Counted from the first letter of the stretch, positions 40,001 through 46,540 are shown. The stretch is 64,000 nt of DNA from Candidatus Omnitrophota bacterium (GCA_015231405.1 JADGBR010000003.1:29549-93548), one strand, 5' to 3'. The notes: generated from the letters alone by a model not told the origin. Translations and numbers: made by a program.

Positions 40001-42865
40001 TATATAAAAGTCTATAGCAGTTCGACATATGGCAAGACCGGCATAGAATTCGGCAAAGAGAAAAACGACAGGATAGATCCCCAGGGGTTCACTTTCGATA
40101 ACCCCGTAGACATCACCGTGATCAACCATGACAGGATACTGGTAGCGGATAAGACGGTAGGGGTTATCTATTGTATCAACAGAAATGGCGATTTGGTCAA
40201 AAGCTTTTGGGATGAGGTATCTCCGGAAAAAGGCCGTATTGTGGTCGGGATAGGAGAAAATTATAACATTACGATCGACAGAAAAAATTCGAGGATCCTT
40301 GTTTTAAAGGATGACGGTGAACTGTTGTTCTTTCGCTTTGACGGAAGGCCCGCTAAGCGAAAGATCTATGATATGGGTATATTCGATAAATTGAACGTGG
40401 CTACTTGGCTGGATATTTTTAAAGGCCCGCCTACTTCCCTGATGAATACGCCGGGAGTACTTGATGCCTGGCGTAATATCCATCCGTTTGTCACCTTAGA
40501 TCTGAAAACCCCGGAATTCGCGGGCATAACATCCGATCCTCTAACTGGTAATATTTACGTCTCGGATAAAGCGAACGATTGCGTCTATGTGCTTGACCAT
40601 AACGGCCTTTTCATCCCTCCGGCCATTATTAAAGGTCCCGACCACGGCTTCACTAAACCCGGGGCGCTTGTTTTTGACAAGGATGGCAACCTGGTGGTTG
40701 GCGATATTGCCAATATGACGTTGGTCACGATCGCGACAGGGAAAATTGTCCCGACCGGAAAGCCTCGCGCCGTAGCGGTCGGTAAACCCATCAATATACT
40801 TACGGAGCCGACGAAACTAGGCGTGAATAAGGATAATGAGATCATTGCCGTCCAGCAGGGGAGACACAGGAACTGGTATGTCGATAGGAACGGTGTGCCT
40901 CAATGGTTTGATTACGATGATCGCATCCAAAGTTTCGGCATGGACGCCGAAAACGAAAGAGAATTCGTCATAAATAAAGACCCCGAAGGGATGTACGTGC
41001 ATGTTTTTCTCAGTACGAAAAGCGCCGCGGAGTCCGTGGACCTGGATTTTGGTGCGAGAGAGGACGGCCAGATCCATCCCGACGGGTTCTCTTTCGCCGA
41101 CCCCGTCGACGTCGCCGTGATCGACCATGACCATATACTTGTGGCTGACAAAGGGTCAAGTTGCGTGTGGTGTATGGATAGAAATGGCAGGTTATCAGAT
41201 AAAGATTTCGGTTCGAATGGGAAGGGCGGTTTTGTAGCGTCGGTCGATTGCGAAAAACTTGCCATCGACAGGAAAAACAGGCGTTTTGCAGTGCTTGACA
41301 GCAAGGGCAATGTGAGATTCTTCGGTTTTGACGGGATAGAAATTCCGGTGACAATATTCGGTATAAAAACCGCCTGTGCGGAAATACCAGCCTGGTTAGA
41401 TTATTTCCATAAGGATATTGTTCCGGTCGGCGACGCGAAGCGTCAAATTTACCCCGAACTTCACAAGGCCCTCGAAGGCGAGCTAAAAGAGATCAAGCTG
41501 GAAGATATCACGTTCGACCCGGCGACCGGAAACCTTTTCGCTTCAGACAGCGCCAACGACAACATCTACGTCATGAACGGGAACGGCCAGCTCATACTCC
41601 CCGGCGTCATCAAAGGCTCCGAATTTGGCTTCAGTAAACCTAAGGGCCTGACGATCGATCTTGACGGCAACCTAGTCATAAGCAGTACGGGAAATAAAAA
41701 GCTCGTAAAACTGAGGTTGGAAGAGATGGCGCGTCCGGGAAGCGGGGCGAACGAGTGGAGTGCCGACCGTGGGACTGACGTTGATGTAGATGTAATAGAA
41801 GAGTTAAAGCGGGAACTTGGTACTGTTCCTGATGCCGAAGGCCCGGGCGTATCGGCCGGTGAACCATTAAAGGCAGGCGACGTGGAATCCGAGGAAGTCG
41901 ACGAAAGGCAGGCGGTGCCGCCCATGCTCGGTAACGCTTTGAGGGCATTACTGGCGGTCAGGCTTTCCGAGTTCCTGGTCGGAGCGTGTTCGGTGGTCAG
42001 GCAATATGCCGGGCAAAATGGCTGGAACAGATGGGTGAAGGACGAGGCGGCGAAGGTCATTAATGAGCGCGGTGAAAAAGATGGTAGAGCCGCGGATATG
42101 CTCCGGGAAGCCATTGAAAAAGGCGAGATGGAACTTGAGGAAAATCTCACATTTGAAAAATTTGCCGCGGCAAATTTTTCAAAAAGTAGAGAAAAAATAA
42201 CGAATTTTTCAATGTATGGGGCTTCGGCGGGGTTTCCGGGTGACGGGAAAGCGAGGAACCTGATACTCTTTGCAGATGATATCCTCGATAACGCCGTGAT
42301 TTACGGGCTACGGGAGGCACTGGCGGATGTAATAGGCGGAAGGAAAGTGCTTGCCGGGGGTCGGGTATTTTTATACACGAAGGTCAAAAAGGAAGACGAA
42401 AAGAATTATTTGATTGTGGCGGGTCTCGAAAAACTTATAAAGGAAAGCGTCCCCGCGACCGAGGTTGTCCTCATAAACAAATGGGACCATAACAACCTGC
42501 AACAAGACGAGCTCACCGGGGTGAAAGAGATAAAGGAGCTCATCGAAAGCGTCAATAACGCTATGGGGAGAAAAGGGATAGGGGAGAAGGTCGTGGAGAA
42601 TAACATTCTCGCCGTGATCCGTTCATCCCGCGACTGGTCAGACGAAAGCCTGGAGTATGACTTGAAAGTCCCGCTCATACTTATGAACGGCGGCGCCCGA
42701 GGCATATTCCCGTTCAAAACAATGATAGAACTGGCTCTCCGCATCCAGAACCGGGAAGAAGGTTTTAAAGACTGGGTCCGGGAGATGTTGCCGGTCGTCC
42801 CGCTGGTAGGCGATATGTACCGGAAATATCTCGATTACCGGCAACGAGTGTTGACGCAGGCGTAA
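22010..42865 (+). CDS. Giant protein (6951 aa): signal-like N-terminus, two HExxH zincin-like motifs, Gly/Gln-rich and coiled-coil linker, vWA domain, two MoxR/CbbQ-like AAA+ modules, many NHL/beta-propeller repeats
   Basis: HEMVH (23105-23119) and HEIIH (23957-23971); MIDAS DVSGS (26963-26977) with T and LSDG; Walker A/B GDTGLGKD/VIDE (~28424-28640) and GDQSAGKS/VLEE (~29639-29845); repeated (D/G)I(A/T)xDxxGNIYVxD units at ~31900-41720. Confidence 0.92.
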   Translation: MFKKIVVYFLCITFLFDQSGIGKYAYSQGSPRDTLAVTSMFNELSASVAGMSEKEGHSPFDVIRKHFEEESFIFPFIIFTLGRVFIKETSGDIVYDDEVLRGHLGRTLVDRFGGADSEFFIKYDVRGAYRDKGSIVIPSKNGDIRYRFFLIDDKEKFSGEDIIKEWEPVELEDQKTNRKIVMAVRQENVPYSVHESEAKCEENCASGTWTLDQEPTLNAMISRLITSGTGNVSDEEKYVKDIAGIKPAIRDALRLYGASTPDDIREEDEKLLGSIDHSMKVDDLLAKVEALLNNPKFKILFLIPDDGEDKFSFLFREKGVKPYKLTAYAHFGHHNTKGADREENIYISAPYYDNLTRSDRIALIVHEMVHLILGRGDKIHTLADGIAQSVTYAHEKANIDAAAFMGEITNYLVSKEKMYVAAVTNNEELAIEARGEWKAAISKLGDSGMSGESMELFLRNDISMRVKGALIELGASPEAVPGESFREKFIEVFGKREGYILANHLNYEMSAHPAARQNDIFYIIEIVGHMSERLATEMKVMTTQEEAAFVKETRENVIDEVVNALFDEPGLKSTWKDELGKSIIPMTLDGLFPEEMFRKGYLAENREYISKKLMGLPIITSAYGEADPGIKKVFYRGGASRVELEATLWHEIIHHLGEIGVLKIDPRWEYTPWSVDLCMRVIRNSKLPGSSIEKSEERIAMYSEEYLPFVNILYAHGKTLGADEGKKKYLLRQLETEEKAAYFSIDLLVDEAILVCQGTEFSTAELKYYRNNSNRQFTEPDDIVRFNRARYVSQQAAAYIMAGMFMTDYIDPAKQKHPLRSLRDYFEELDDVIGKPAPVDRDWVDNFEEELENFGTSVFKKTTVMRSSDTTDRLGLWWADVDQFKVVMNYWPVTICPWDKSNPDRTKARSDAKKRGLGNFMLARYRGEAMKEAEKTVEAHHEFFCRPELDILWQTLLIPRSIFSAIPDTLRKEVSEDKKEKYKDVPELIQAVFDGKYDMGRRDVEKGIYDSYYRHLKYLDSILYMWTKYRPLEDKDSLPMDPRVDAGSDVEEALRNTSGAWEKIMFRVNEHNEYEDIFNIIETEILPEYMKLFEADVKEEKAKEALRQMPDKGSVKDPGDLTPEEIDELNKKFDELPDEIKEAIMQDIMDQMNSSPMNSNGSGNGEGGKSGQAQQGKPGKGSKGGQARPGKLSGQHGTPTPEQLQNEIDGIERTVDALDKMVDDIANGAQGIGEGSGDINDGVQGPHPGGKPEGEGDKGGKGQKGNGGVDVEGLQGKAGDLQKAAQGLGNHGNNLSQSAGDLLNSTFDATGALPHPGMGKGARKNAAEFDKKAKEVNDKIKALQDKINELKQLLDRMKEIKDQGSNPQQMGQAAGKVGGKAREVKNASSGIKQGVEGSKESLQGLKEKLGQIVKDVRGLAGKGKGEVGAGGSKVEGKGGAEGDTGDNRGEPAPGKGQPAINDANDQPSRGSDGNALPDGKDNTGKSASTPSMFKDQGTAESNRNKIPHIPFKSGAPATALQNIVDNSAKTGEEGSGALEVSVDDEFETEVDPSWQDMRNEMLWKQNEDETGLNRKEYARYYKYLEMLGGQDTIDEMKESFRYLLGLEENPKKFWRKYSGMLTKAVKVVMGRKGYRITRKTKPKPLKVSLLVDVSGSMHDRKRITQAALTIMMMLEVILDLNEDLESAGLPPIEFEVGLFSEEPKVWISHEKSLSVEGETRKQRLIYDTITKGLLMGGGWTDDTKAIGTMIDRASNAEMTTWDAGDEARRILFFLSDGNPNTWEGGDIQYLVNTYAQDVVENPVEVFGVSMGDEEARKYTAHKFGDRAVIPEREDMSDIPEKVLTRFQECVTVAATEYSWADLLTLAATIGWFLIPTFLKPAYDILTSLAGTLLVRGQNGADTNAEKPYRETGYKNFRYQEKDGKDWLVYFIKDEKGNVIEEYRWQRGAGGAMCPKMTTFDDRYNEKLISDIISMSCQRDVQYTSYSKNGDYYLRYQEVSSNTVELMHKVKDSKGRERWVVKEPFNTSLKLPDGEPQPDESVIYEKDGLRWKRDKKGNLFIETRDEKWSLCNVEDASLSANVLVQADKDTGGYIIFDAAKARVVMATAGDAGDISVGQDMKIDIFKREKEFGNNIIRLIGDTGLGKDELMRAAASLMHEEIYFIAGNSGMEVDDLTRHETIGGGERGTSEELYTIFNRVLHNGGWVVIDEVNKVPKPVLSALKASITNKTHRQTIDGVEKSVPNHPRARIFGTSNAFTRDFSHEEPPDNAAQSRFRDIPFVWRDPDSEKELQKYLAVKKLDKMGLSAEERERRVRIIKDAANVLVDIAWPMRLGYAGYTDEQSAPTKSKKGEDLRKVWVELMQEEPKATIGKNTVKAPSPRTILNIINHAAMFPETWKNSPLSVCKLWFNLEADVLKPKVRESKQNGIMTEFMTAPGRGTRGGIKDNDFQPKLILDADESFALDKNNKNILIVTPKKSLDASGQLAQTWDPIRIWIHDEASRNMEISGVPEDIRYWLRAKNENNAKLLYQALQARALGKSLIFVGDQSAGKSVLAFAIAELLDGKDIPSVEVNLNTEKEDLTFKQRIRNFVSKFCDSPVAQALREKKTMVLEESNQGEPNVMAVLNEVAERMFLTHVDGERVGDEGDGRAGAINCINTPGEKGFNVRRFSREYIERHAVLRFDMLAPGDMADYLSYSAEREHGNERLNSKIIGCKREGVKHADGTDKWDGFAGVYQELKYRKNKAATAAERRKLPPRVPSIREFKSLIQDMVEYWNKWRLDGEGAPDHKVIFRRFVNNYFVMIGRANERYKWVETIKEAFKAAGLYPVDPNNENDADYLSEKFLDKEGVLVQKLGVLREEIDTTDDELNNALKWIQDEVMPASTFRRLEFIQKRMEEMKSGWGGLKEEEIKGRLHNMRVVWQILYLVKKERSGKGLDSHRIENLEKMEQIMTQIIQGHLLSLGMDPESFLMPAGYNDLTKPYETLADMKKREFIPTGEDVIDRALNLVTVSPKDETLINNVTGSVLADFFEGRFIIPPVIPGNKPVIPHEYAEGLRLLYITYLNMKKAQEWNGESVKIKEYLAEIEKALSMYPLNREEVEFYRDIVNIGAPDAAGKWEGIRQEIAEIKGRMSIKGSKPDRAIEEEDSTVIKGLVSAFIGNKDDRDIALIYRHLISAYVTHEGRIQDLAELDKRLARILFEAWKDALEGPTVKVKRPAADNQRLKARRALIAAAKRLVDIVRSGHPDEEPLLNKLLRRLTSKTALKAMTLEPVHTETRAPVHSDIQPTASLYEVVPWDYMDPAEDGEPSDKVNELRAMAYGPDGVLYVLDESEFRAFDETISLPFQNGLGKKKLPEKACDIAVRSDDIIFTLNDDDDTSPQGFTIRAYYKKGDEATGAVSDDGKVKLISSTNKVLKGRHIVIFQNRTICVLLRDENAIVITDKAHSQVIDPLHRTMLAGIKSADIAAMADGGDGCLLLLDKKNKQLIKVRPVTGADVNFEWSIPLEEKYGISNPTAMTRTPDGKIIIAALGADGKTVFYRLNSDGSLDKENTNNGQIMLKASVGPVKAIAADKTGKISAGPERPKVKTIWTIKETTEQVPLTPQQPVHPFTGAPVHPEYVSTKFKLNDLAANDIKDMAIDSKGNKYILADGKLFSYDRFGRKRNDFKAHGSVVDATIGLAIGLNDDLILILNAHNQSLQVISPDGTPKKNNTENNGCIKVSDAAATIVMRPGKAAVGPDGALYFTHAGNDRQLVFITPMEMSTGWIKGPACLDLPADIAATDIEKISICDDNSIIIFDKNGKALRKLRRESEQASQLVPVDGFGKDNNGKVDLKSLGIHWAQDCCLGPDGEIFLMDRDTGDSGFGAIYVLRPDGALSGKEKSSSKLRYEGEPITVGKMAVNVKGDIAVGVSHPVAGIVLSLKRKINPVKISVPAPQGLTFDNKGNVYVITGREIHSFRPDGTPNGKFGKNGIYYHWSADEEFTGITFCRESRRLLVSLSKQDVVHEISLTGEHKGTITNSFGNKLNKPGYLTTDGKGKLFVANLGDNSISVINIINKTPDATDGYVLEDSVLKLKGGIQLHQKGSMTIGNDGNIVVADYETGKIVIINKDGTKNDELDCGGEHKAIVAGVDKDRVVVSSGIGVVSADKKGGTVIRHPGIKNLDNIDGFAWDGSDRIAFISSENGLLILSEYFRRNSDMHKDEYDIAKIPGTGEAVHYVEQVKVTDSESAFSGVAYDSKGNVYILEENRIRSYTPEGRINMDFHPSGEIVLSGKARGISIGPGDMIYTIDGTNDVEGWSLRSFSASHALRKEHKIKIFRTKKKPVVQSFHVTQAEDGTMYVVLADANEIAIIGHEELKRSSIKLNTGNLTMIGIDRNDIGGIAPAGTGCLFVLDKKEARLYKKRLKPGEVSENDPDFAPKDLKAMYGIASPVALTTSPEGKIYIAARMADGTTALYRLNNDGTLDKEGTRNGKIVLDKEIGEVKDLAVDRKGNISAVPLDKGEKNYWKITKTPKQRPDITHDTLHITQPPVTAPPVPETAVTRILNFLSGHLTTGPENKIEAAEVADYNAVKDTALSQKFNWPVMGDAAFDSKGNIYLITSCRIFSFTPAGDGWVPNTGFFGTGSYETSSDFSFKRIRIIKHGEEEHIVITNSVIMGDQKNDGEIITLRTDGTEFRRGKTDELQLDRPTLISNATGSPLIQVYNENTNSVTCHNMENMAPDISMGSDPNKGRISLNDIVTKTSDPKTSDEVTAMATDSAGRLYIAVHHKSSGEYIIHAMNKDGSPYTGFTGFGGVPGQARTEYRIIKMEFMGDGTLFLGFSVGKEEKHVHALWSLNGSGDNNLKYSYRGGNGCVGVSGEKLTELSRMAFAPDGRIFAFSKAEDYAAVITPVRSSETRAAVIPGYTAVEKVCQPTTVSGPTVILPVDVEWNKVKDMAVSGDGKIYILEEEGIHSFNRDWTRNKSFNGNGWKRAELSDKFVSFAVLEGKNRIYVIDENGSRVCSYDLRGIRQGGVVSLVRYKDGMGDPRLFHFQGPSFIKAGNNGILYLYNKTIKTLIAYDPETEELYTEFGLKGQVRFNFGAGTGDIDMTAMGFDSKGNVFVGVSVAGRHYIEALNNRGQGIGIFTPTLGVAGSDKYCEVPAPVTGISFTYKGDEIVNMTVSMQNGEDSLAGFTRDEKTAGKLALDPKYDRKGLKGHIPFGGAMLDGISAMHGRPDGTLIAMSKGSKTMAELTPDDAVFAGITDESPEEEPGEKEKLLADIKRRIEEGKDRTALELSLLKSLAENTANGSSPEDVLQALLGSLPEEEGKERQTHTYTDGSENEPEVIDEGSLGAFVSELFGWDKGGDADIAMSPDGTIVELRFHNGMGSLGIHGPDGAVEWVDEANGKFKEPRAVGVSPNGGWYFVLNKDGSVSVLDNKGVPQDVEARPENGIIIQEAVDMAVVNNGSLVIIDSTGRQIFNIFSTAPGKMEYSGGDIAAGLDLLSVDINKKTDDIYILTENNKVLTLDKFRNDKTVHGDSPLVDVLEILRLAGVPGEIISTIDLKKIAVDPDGKIMLYSICDAESEDDAEPYGQFIFLTPDFQLDRTVNGTGIVDERDLGVRAAGAISATGKMSFLVGDNSSKAMKRVVIKGRPITNYSANPIPEFNGIKAVDVLINNDGGVSLLPDDQGKSLGEVGGNLFVLNDKKIKVTGIHDNEPDLMFGNGTGTIEPRGFDLDNPAAIAVLGRDHILIADNLMSGIGPRPVYCVDRNGNKDDSFGTVNPDTGEKGQIYLSDNIVKAAVNHLKRKFYVLTVINTVECYDHNGKKDNGYGIDGVLDIKKQLGMGSGAENLELAGVTIDQNTGYIYVTDKGNARIYMFDENGAAFYHNGKPYCIDVSDGASERKPEGIGVKGDGSIIFGDTKNAEVIKLVPAGLTSGVTGTPVSGRSTAPVPIRLRATSLAVTKNNDIVALESGNSTINFVDIGGKVKMAAVPILSHLSAAMDGEGENFFVLEKDKTDATYIKVYSSSTYGKTGIEFGKEKNDRIDPQGFTFDNPVDITVINHDRILVADKTVGVIYCINRNGDLVKSFWDEVSPEKGRIVVGIGENYNITIDRKNSRILVLKDDGELLFFRFDGRPAKRKIYDMGIFDKLNVATWLDIFKGPPTSLMNTPGVLDAWRNIHPFVTLDLKTPEFAGITSDPLTGNIYVSDKANDCVYVLDHNGLFIPPAIIKGPDHGFTKPGALVFDKDGNLVVGDIANMTLVTIATGKIVPTGKPRAVAVGKPINILTEPTKLGVNKDNEIIAVQQGRHRNWYVDRNGVPQWFDYDDRIQSFGMDAENEREFVINKDPEGMYVHVFLSTKSAAESVDLDFGAREDGQIHPDGFSFADPVDVAVIDHDHILVADKGSSCVWCMDRNGRLSDKDFGSNGKGGFVASVDCEKLAIDRKNRRFAVLDSKGNVRFFGFDGIEIPVTIFGIKTACAEIPAWLDYFHKDIVPVGDAKRQIYPELHKALEGELKEIKLEDITFDPATGNLFASDSANDNIYVMNGNGQLILPGVIKGSEFGFSKPKGLTIDLDGNLVISSTGNKKLVKLRLEEMARPGSGANEWSADRGTDVDVDVIEELKRELGTVPDAEGPGVSAGEPLKAGDVESEEVDERQAVPPMLGNALRALLAVRLSEFLVGACSVVRQYAGQNGWNRWVKDEAAKVINERGEKDGRAADMLREAIEKGEMELEENLTFEKFAAANFSKSREKITNFSMYGASAGFPGDGKARNLILFADDILDNAVIYGLREALADVIGGRKVLAGGRVFLYTKVKKEDEKNYLIVAGLEKLIKESVPATEVVLINKWDHNNLQQDELTGVKEIKELIESVNNAMGRKGIGEKVVENNILAVIRSSRDWSDESLEYDLKVPLILMNGGARGIFPFKTMIELALRIQNREEGFKDWVREMLPVVPLVGDMYRKYLDYRQRVLTQA
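32818..32855. repeat. 8-nt tandem repeat (ACCCGTGC-like x~5) in a coding linker; related run at 31816-31850
   Basis: ACCTGTGC ACCCGTTC ACCGGTGC ACCCGTGC ACCCGG. Confidence 0.75.
35553..35583. repeat. 7-nt tandem repeat (ACATNAC x4) in a coding linker
   Basis: ACATAAC ACATGAC ACATTAC ACATAAC ACA. Confidence 0.8.
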
Positions 42866-43049
42866 TTTTAGTGCGCCCTTGTTCGCTAAAGCTTCTGAGG
42901 GCTGGAGTTATTTTGTAGGGGACGGGCGAGACGCGGGATGGTCGCATTATTGAATTCCACCCAATTAATTTACCAATTAGTTTTTGCCTAAGCGGTATCA
43001 TTAGGTAAACTTGATTCATCAATCATCCAAAACGATAAAAGCTTGGAAT

Positions 43050-45272
43050 ATGTCCCATACCCATAAACATCTCGAAGAGCTCCTGAAAGCACATGAAAGT
43101 GCTTTCAGGCTGCGAATGAACCGGATGGCGATAGCTCTCGTCTTATCCGCGATCACACTCGTCTCTTTTGGCGGTTATTACTACATCGTTAAAAAAGCTA
43201 TACCGGACTCGATCAACCTTATGATGGGCGGGAGGGTCAATGGCGTAAGCTGCGTCCTGGACGGGTACGACAGTCTCAGGTTCACGGGCTTTTCAGGGAT
43301 GGAGATCAGAGGCGCGAATTTATCTGTCGTCGTGTACGGCGAACGATTTTCCTCTTTTCGGGGCAGGTATACGGTATACGCCCGCACTGTAAATATCGCC
43401 CGCGGCGATAGATCAGAAAAAGAGATCGCCATGACGGCTGCCGGGATAGATGTTATTCCACTGGGAGACCTAAAGGGCTTGGGGCTGAGTCAGGGTTCCT
43501 TTATCCGGCCGGGGAATAAACTTCTAAGGAACTGCGAACTGAAGATCCTGTGCCGCGGGGCTGAACCGGTAAAGGGGAATATCATCGACAAACTGAAAGT
43601 GTTCAAGAGAGGCAAAAAAGAGCTGGTCTCGGCCAGTTTTCGTGGAAGTTCAGAGCTGTCGGTGGAAGGGCGCGATATAGCTCTTGATTTCTCGGTTAGT
43701 AAGGATGAAAAAGGTCTTGCATTGGATATTGATGACGGACAGCTCTCAAAGGTATTTGATTTTATTTTAAGAAAGGAACTGGAGCGGGTGTTCCCCTCCG
43801 TCGATATAAGGAACGTTGTTTCGGGATCTATCAAAATTGACGGGGGGAAGTTATCGGCTGAGCTTAAAGGATTAAAGATCGATCTCTTGTCAAAAGGTCC
43901 GGCTATGGGGCCGGCCGGTACGAAATATGATCTTTCGGCGGACAATATATCGATCCGGCTCGCTGACAGGGAGCAAAAGATATTTATTTTAAGCGCGGTA
44001 GGGCTTGGCCTTAAGTCTGAGAATATGCCCGACAGCTCGAAATGGCTGGATCTTTCCGGAGAGATCGTGAAGAACGGCAAACTGGAGTACAAGTTCATGA
44101 TGGATTACAGGGATCCCCTGAAAATAGCACTGGCGCTCAAAAGAACTCACGAAGGATTCATGGGCCTTGTCGAAGGCCGCGGCGTGGATCTTGACTTAAC
44201 GGCATCAGGCGACCTGGGGGTCTTTCTTAATAAGGAAACCGTCGTCGCGGGCGTAGCCTTAACGGTGAGGGACGGGTTTCCCGTCCTGGAAGTGGAGAAA
44301 GCCTCTATGGCGAAGATCTCGGAATTATTGATCATTTCGGCCATAAACCGCGGGATGCCTGGATTTAAACTTAAGAAAATAGATATAGGGGATTGTGATC
44401 TCTCGCCTTACGGGAACATCAAATGGCGGGGTGTGAAGATCGACTTGGGAACGGTCGGGGTATCGGGTTCAGTGATCTTAAGAAATTGCGCGGTCTATAT
44501 AGAGAGTATAGAACTGGGTTCTTCCGGCCGGGGCGGCATTGAACATAATCTCATCATACACAACCTGAACGTGGACGCGGGTTTTTACGGGACTATGGAT
44601 CTTGACAACCCCGGTGAGAAGAGATTCGCGCTCGTAGGCGGGGAATTTTCGTTGCCGTTCCGTTTGGATAATTACACAGGAGGTGTCGACGGCCAGTTCG
44701 AGGATCTCTTAAGCGGTATTCGTGATCTCTTTGAAAAGGGAGTGACGGGACTCTCGGTCAACTTTTCAGCTCAGGTAGAATTCCCGGTTAAAGGCAGGTA
44801 TTTTTCACCTAAGATCACGATAGGAAAAAGGGCAGGGTCTAACGTTCTTATGATGGACCGGCAGGATATCACCGATATATACAGGTACGCCGGGATAAAA
44901 AAAGACCTGACCTCCTCCGAGCTGGATCTCTTATCCATGAACCCGCTAAAGATACCGCAAATGGTGTGGATATGGGACAAAGCGATGTCGGAGGCGGACA
45001 GGGTGGTGCGGGATGACCCCGGGATTTCGCATGACGCTTATAGACATGTATACTGGAGCTATCTGCTTACCGGGGCCTTCGGTCCGGTATTTGCTAAAGC
45101 CCTCACGGACGCCCATGAAGAAGGCGATAACACGAACACCCAGTCGGAGCACATGATGGACTACAATAATAACAGGGTAGGGGTGATGTACGCCGAAGCC
45201 CGTTACCCGGAATCCGAGGTGCTCTGGCGTTTCAAAAAAGATAGGAACGTGATCCATATTGTCCAGCAATGA
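43050..45272 (+). CDS. Membrane-anchored hypothetical protein with a beta-rich body and a C-terminal DUF6973-like domain
   Basis: ATG 43050 preferred to TTG 43011; one TM helix (MAIALVLSAITLVSFGGYYYI); C-terminal DAYRHVYWSYLL..TDAHE..MDYNNNRVG motif. Confidence 0.75.
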   Translation: MSHTHKHLEELLKAHESAFRLRMNRMAIALVLSAITLVSFGGYYYIVKKAIPDSINLMMGGRVNGVSCVLDGYDSLRFTGFSGMEIRGANLSVVVYGERFSSFRGRYTVYARTVNIARGDRSEKEIAMTAAGIDVIPLGDLKGLGLSQGSFIRPGNKLLRNCELKILCRGAEPVKGNIIDKLKVFKRGKKELVSASFRGSSELSVEGRDIALDFSVSKDEKGLALDIDDGQLSKVFDFILRKELERVFPSVDIRNVVSGSIKIDGGKLSAELKGLKIDLLSKGPAMGPAGTKYDLSADNISIRLADREQKIFILSAVGLGLKSENMPDSSKWLDLSGEIVKNGKLEYKFMMDYRDPLKIALALKRTHEGFMGLVEGRGVDLDLTASGDLGVFLNKETVVAGVALTVRDGFPVLEVEKASMAKISELLIISAINRGMPGFKLKKIDIGDCDLSPYGNIKWRGVKIDLGTVGVSGSVILRNCAVYIESIELGSSGRGGIEHNLIIHNLNVDAGFYGTMDLDNPGEKRFALVGGEFSLPFRLDNYTGGVDGQFEDLLSGIRDLFEKGVTGLSVNFSAQVEFPVKGRYFSPKITIGKRAGSNVLMMDRQDITDIYRYAGIKKDLTSSELDLLSMNPLKIPQMVWIWDKAMSEADRVVRDDPGISHDAYRHVYWSYLLTGAFGPVFAKALTDAHEEGDNTNTQSEHMMDYNNNRVGVMYAEARYPESEVLWRFKKDRNVIHIVQQ

Positions 45273-45342
45273 CCGCGGCAGCGAGACCGTGTCATAGTGG
45301 GACGACAGTCTGAACGGGGGACTATTACTTTTAGGAGGTTAT

Positions 45343-45771
45343 ATGTTCACAGCCGATATGGTAATGACAAAAAAGGTATACAAAGTCAAAAAAGGCCAGC
45401 CTCTTAAGGATGCCATGGAGATCATGCTGAGCAAAAAAATAAGGGGTATTCCGGTCGTCGACGACGCGAACAACCTTGTCGGTATAATCACGGAAAGCGA
45501 CATGCTCAAGATCCTTATAGACGACGATATTAACGATGCTGATCCGGTCGAGAATTTCATGACTAAAGACGTTAAATGTTTCAATGCCAGGGACAAGATT
45601 ATGGACATATTTAATTATTTCATAGAGAGTCCCCGGAGGAGAGTGCCGATATTAAAGGACGGTAAGCTGGTCGGGATAATCTCGCGCAGAGACCTGATCA
45701 GCCTGATCCGAGACCTCAAAAAACGGGACTTGCAACGGACCAACTGGTGGGCAAGGATCATCCCCGCGTAG
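45343..45771 (+). CDS. CBS domain pair protein
   Basis: IRGIPVVD..LVGIITESD and RVPILKDGKLVGIISRRD; AGGAGG RBS upstream. Confidence 0.92.
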   Translation: MFTADMVMTKKVYKVKKGQPLKDAMEIMLSKKIRGIPVVDDANNLVGIITESDMLKILIDDDINDADPVENFMTKDVKCFNARDKIMDIFNYFIESPRRRVPILKDGKLVGIISRRDLISLIRDLKKRDLQRTNWWARIIPA

Positions 45772-45779
45772 AGGCCGCG

Positions 45780-46226
45780 TTAAAAGGCCTTTACCTGCCA
45801 TATTTTTTTCCATCCTTTTTTTAATATGTCTCTCAAGCTGTCGAAAGCGATGCGTTCGACGGAAGCTTCTTCATCCAGCCATTCGTAAGCGGTTATCTCT
45901 TTATTGTCGACATTGACCTTTTCACTGGACGTAAAAGCGAGGAAATACACCGAATGCTTCTCTATGCTCTCGCCCTTCTTTCCGGGACGGTTGGACAAAG
46001 TTCCGTACACGTCCTCCTCTCGGAACCCATCGATGACCTTTAAGCTCTTTATCCCCGTTTCCTCCTCTGTCTCCCTGAGAGCCGCCTCAAGCTCAGTTTC
46101 CCCATCCTCCAAATGCCCCTTTGGGAAACCCCATATCTTATTGCGCTCGCTGTAGATCACCAGGCACTTTAAGCCATCTGCGGTTTTACAAAAAACCAAA
46201 AATCCTCCCGAATATTCCTTTCTCAT
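45780..46226 (-). CDS. NUDIX hydrolase, Ap4A hydrolase-like
   Basis: WGFPKGHLEDGETELEAALRETEEETG Nudix box; AAGGAG RBS on the minus strand. Confidence 0.92.
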   Translation of the reverse strand: MRKEYSGGFLVFCKTADGLKCLVIYSERNKIWGFPKGHLEDGETELEAALRETEEETGIKSLKVIDGFREEDVYGTLSNRPGKKGESIEKHSVYFLAFTSSEKVNVDNKEITAYEWLDEEASVERIAFDSLRDILKKGWKKIWQVKAF

Positions 46227-46540
46227 CCAGTCTCCTTTATGTGCGGTATGATAGCTTTAATTTTATCACGGTAATAAAATATTCTCCACCCTTATAAATT
46301 CTTAGGGTCTTTACACGATATAAGCCTGTTTGTATATGTAACCCACATCCTTGCTTAATTAACCAAAATATAGGCAAATTATACCACTTATAGCTGTATA
46401 TTTAATTAAAACCTTCCTTAATATCCCACTCTGGAGAAAAAATAGAAAAATAATAAAAGAAAAAAAAGGTAGTAATACATTGAAACTTTTTCCTGAAAAA
46501 ACGGTTATATATGGTAGAGGCATGAATAAAGGAGATAGCC

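Noticed and set aside
42915-42945. GTAGGGGACGGGCG.. REP-like start after the 6951-aa gene
   Set aside because: No complementary arm, so it is too degenerate to call.
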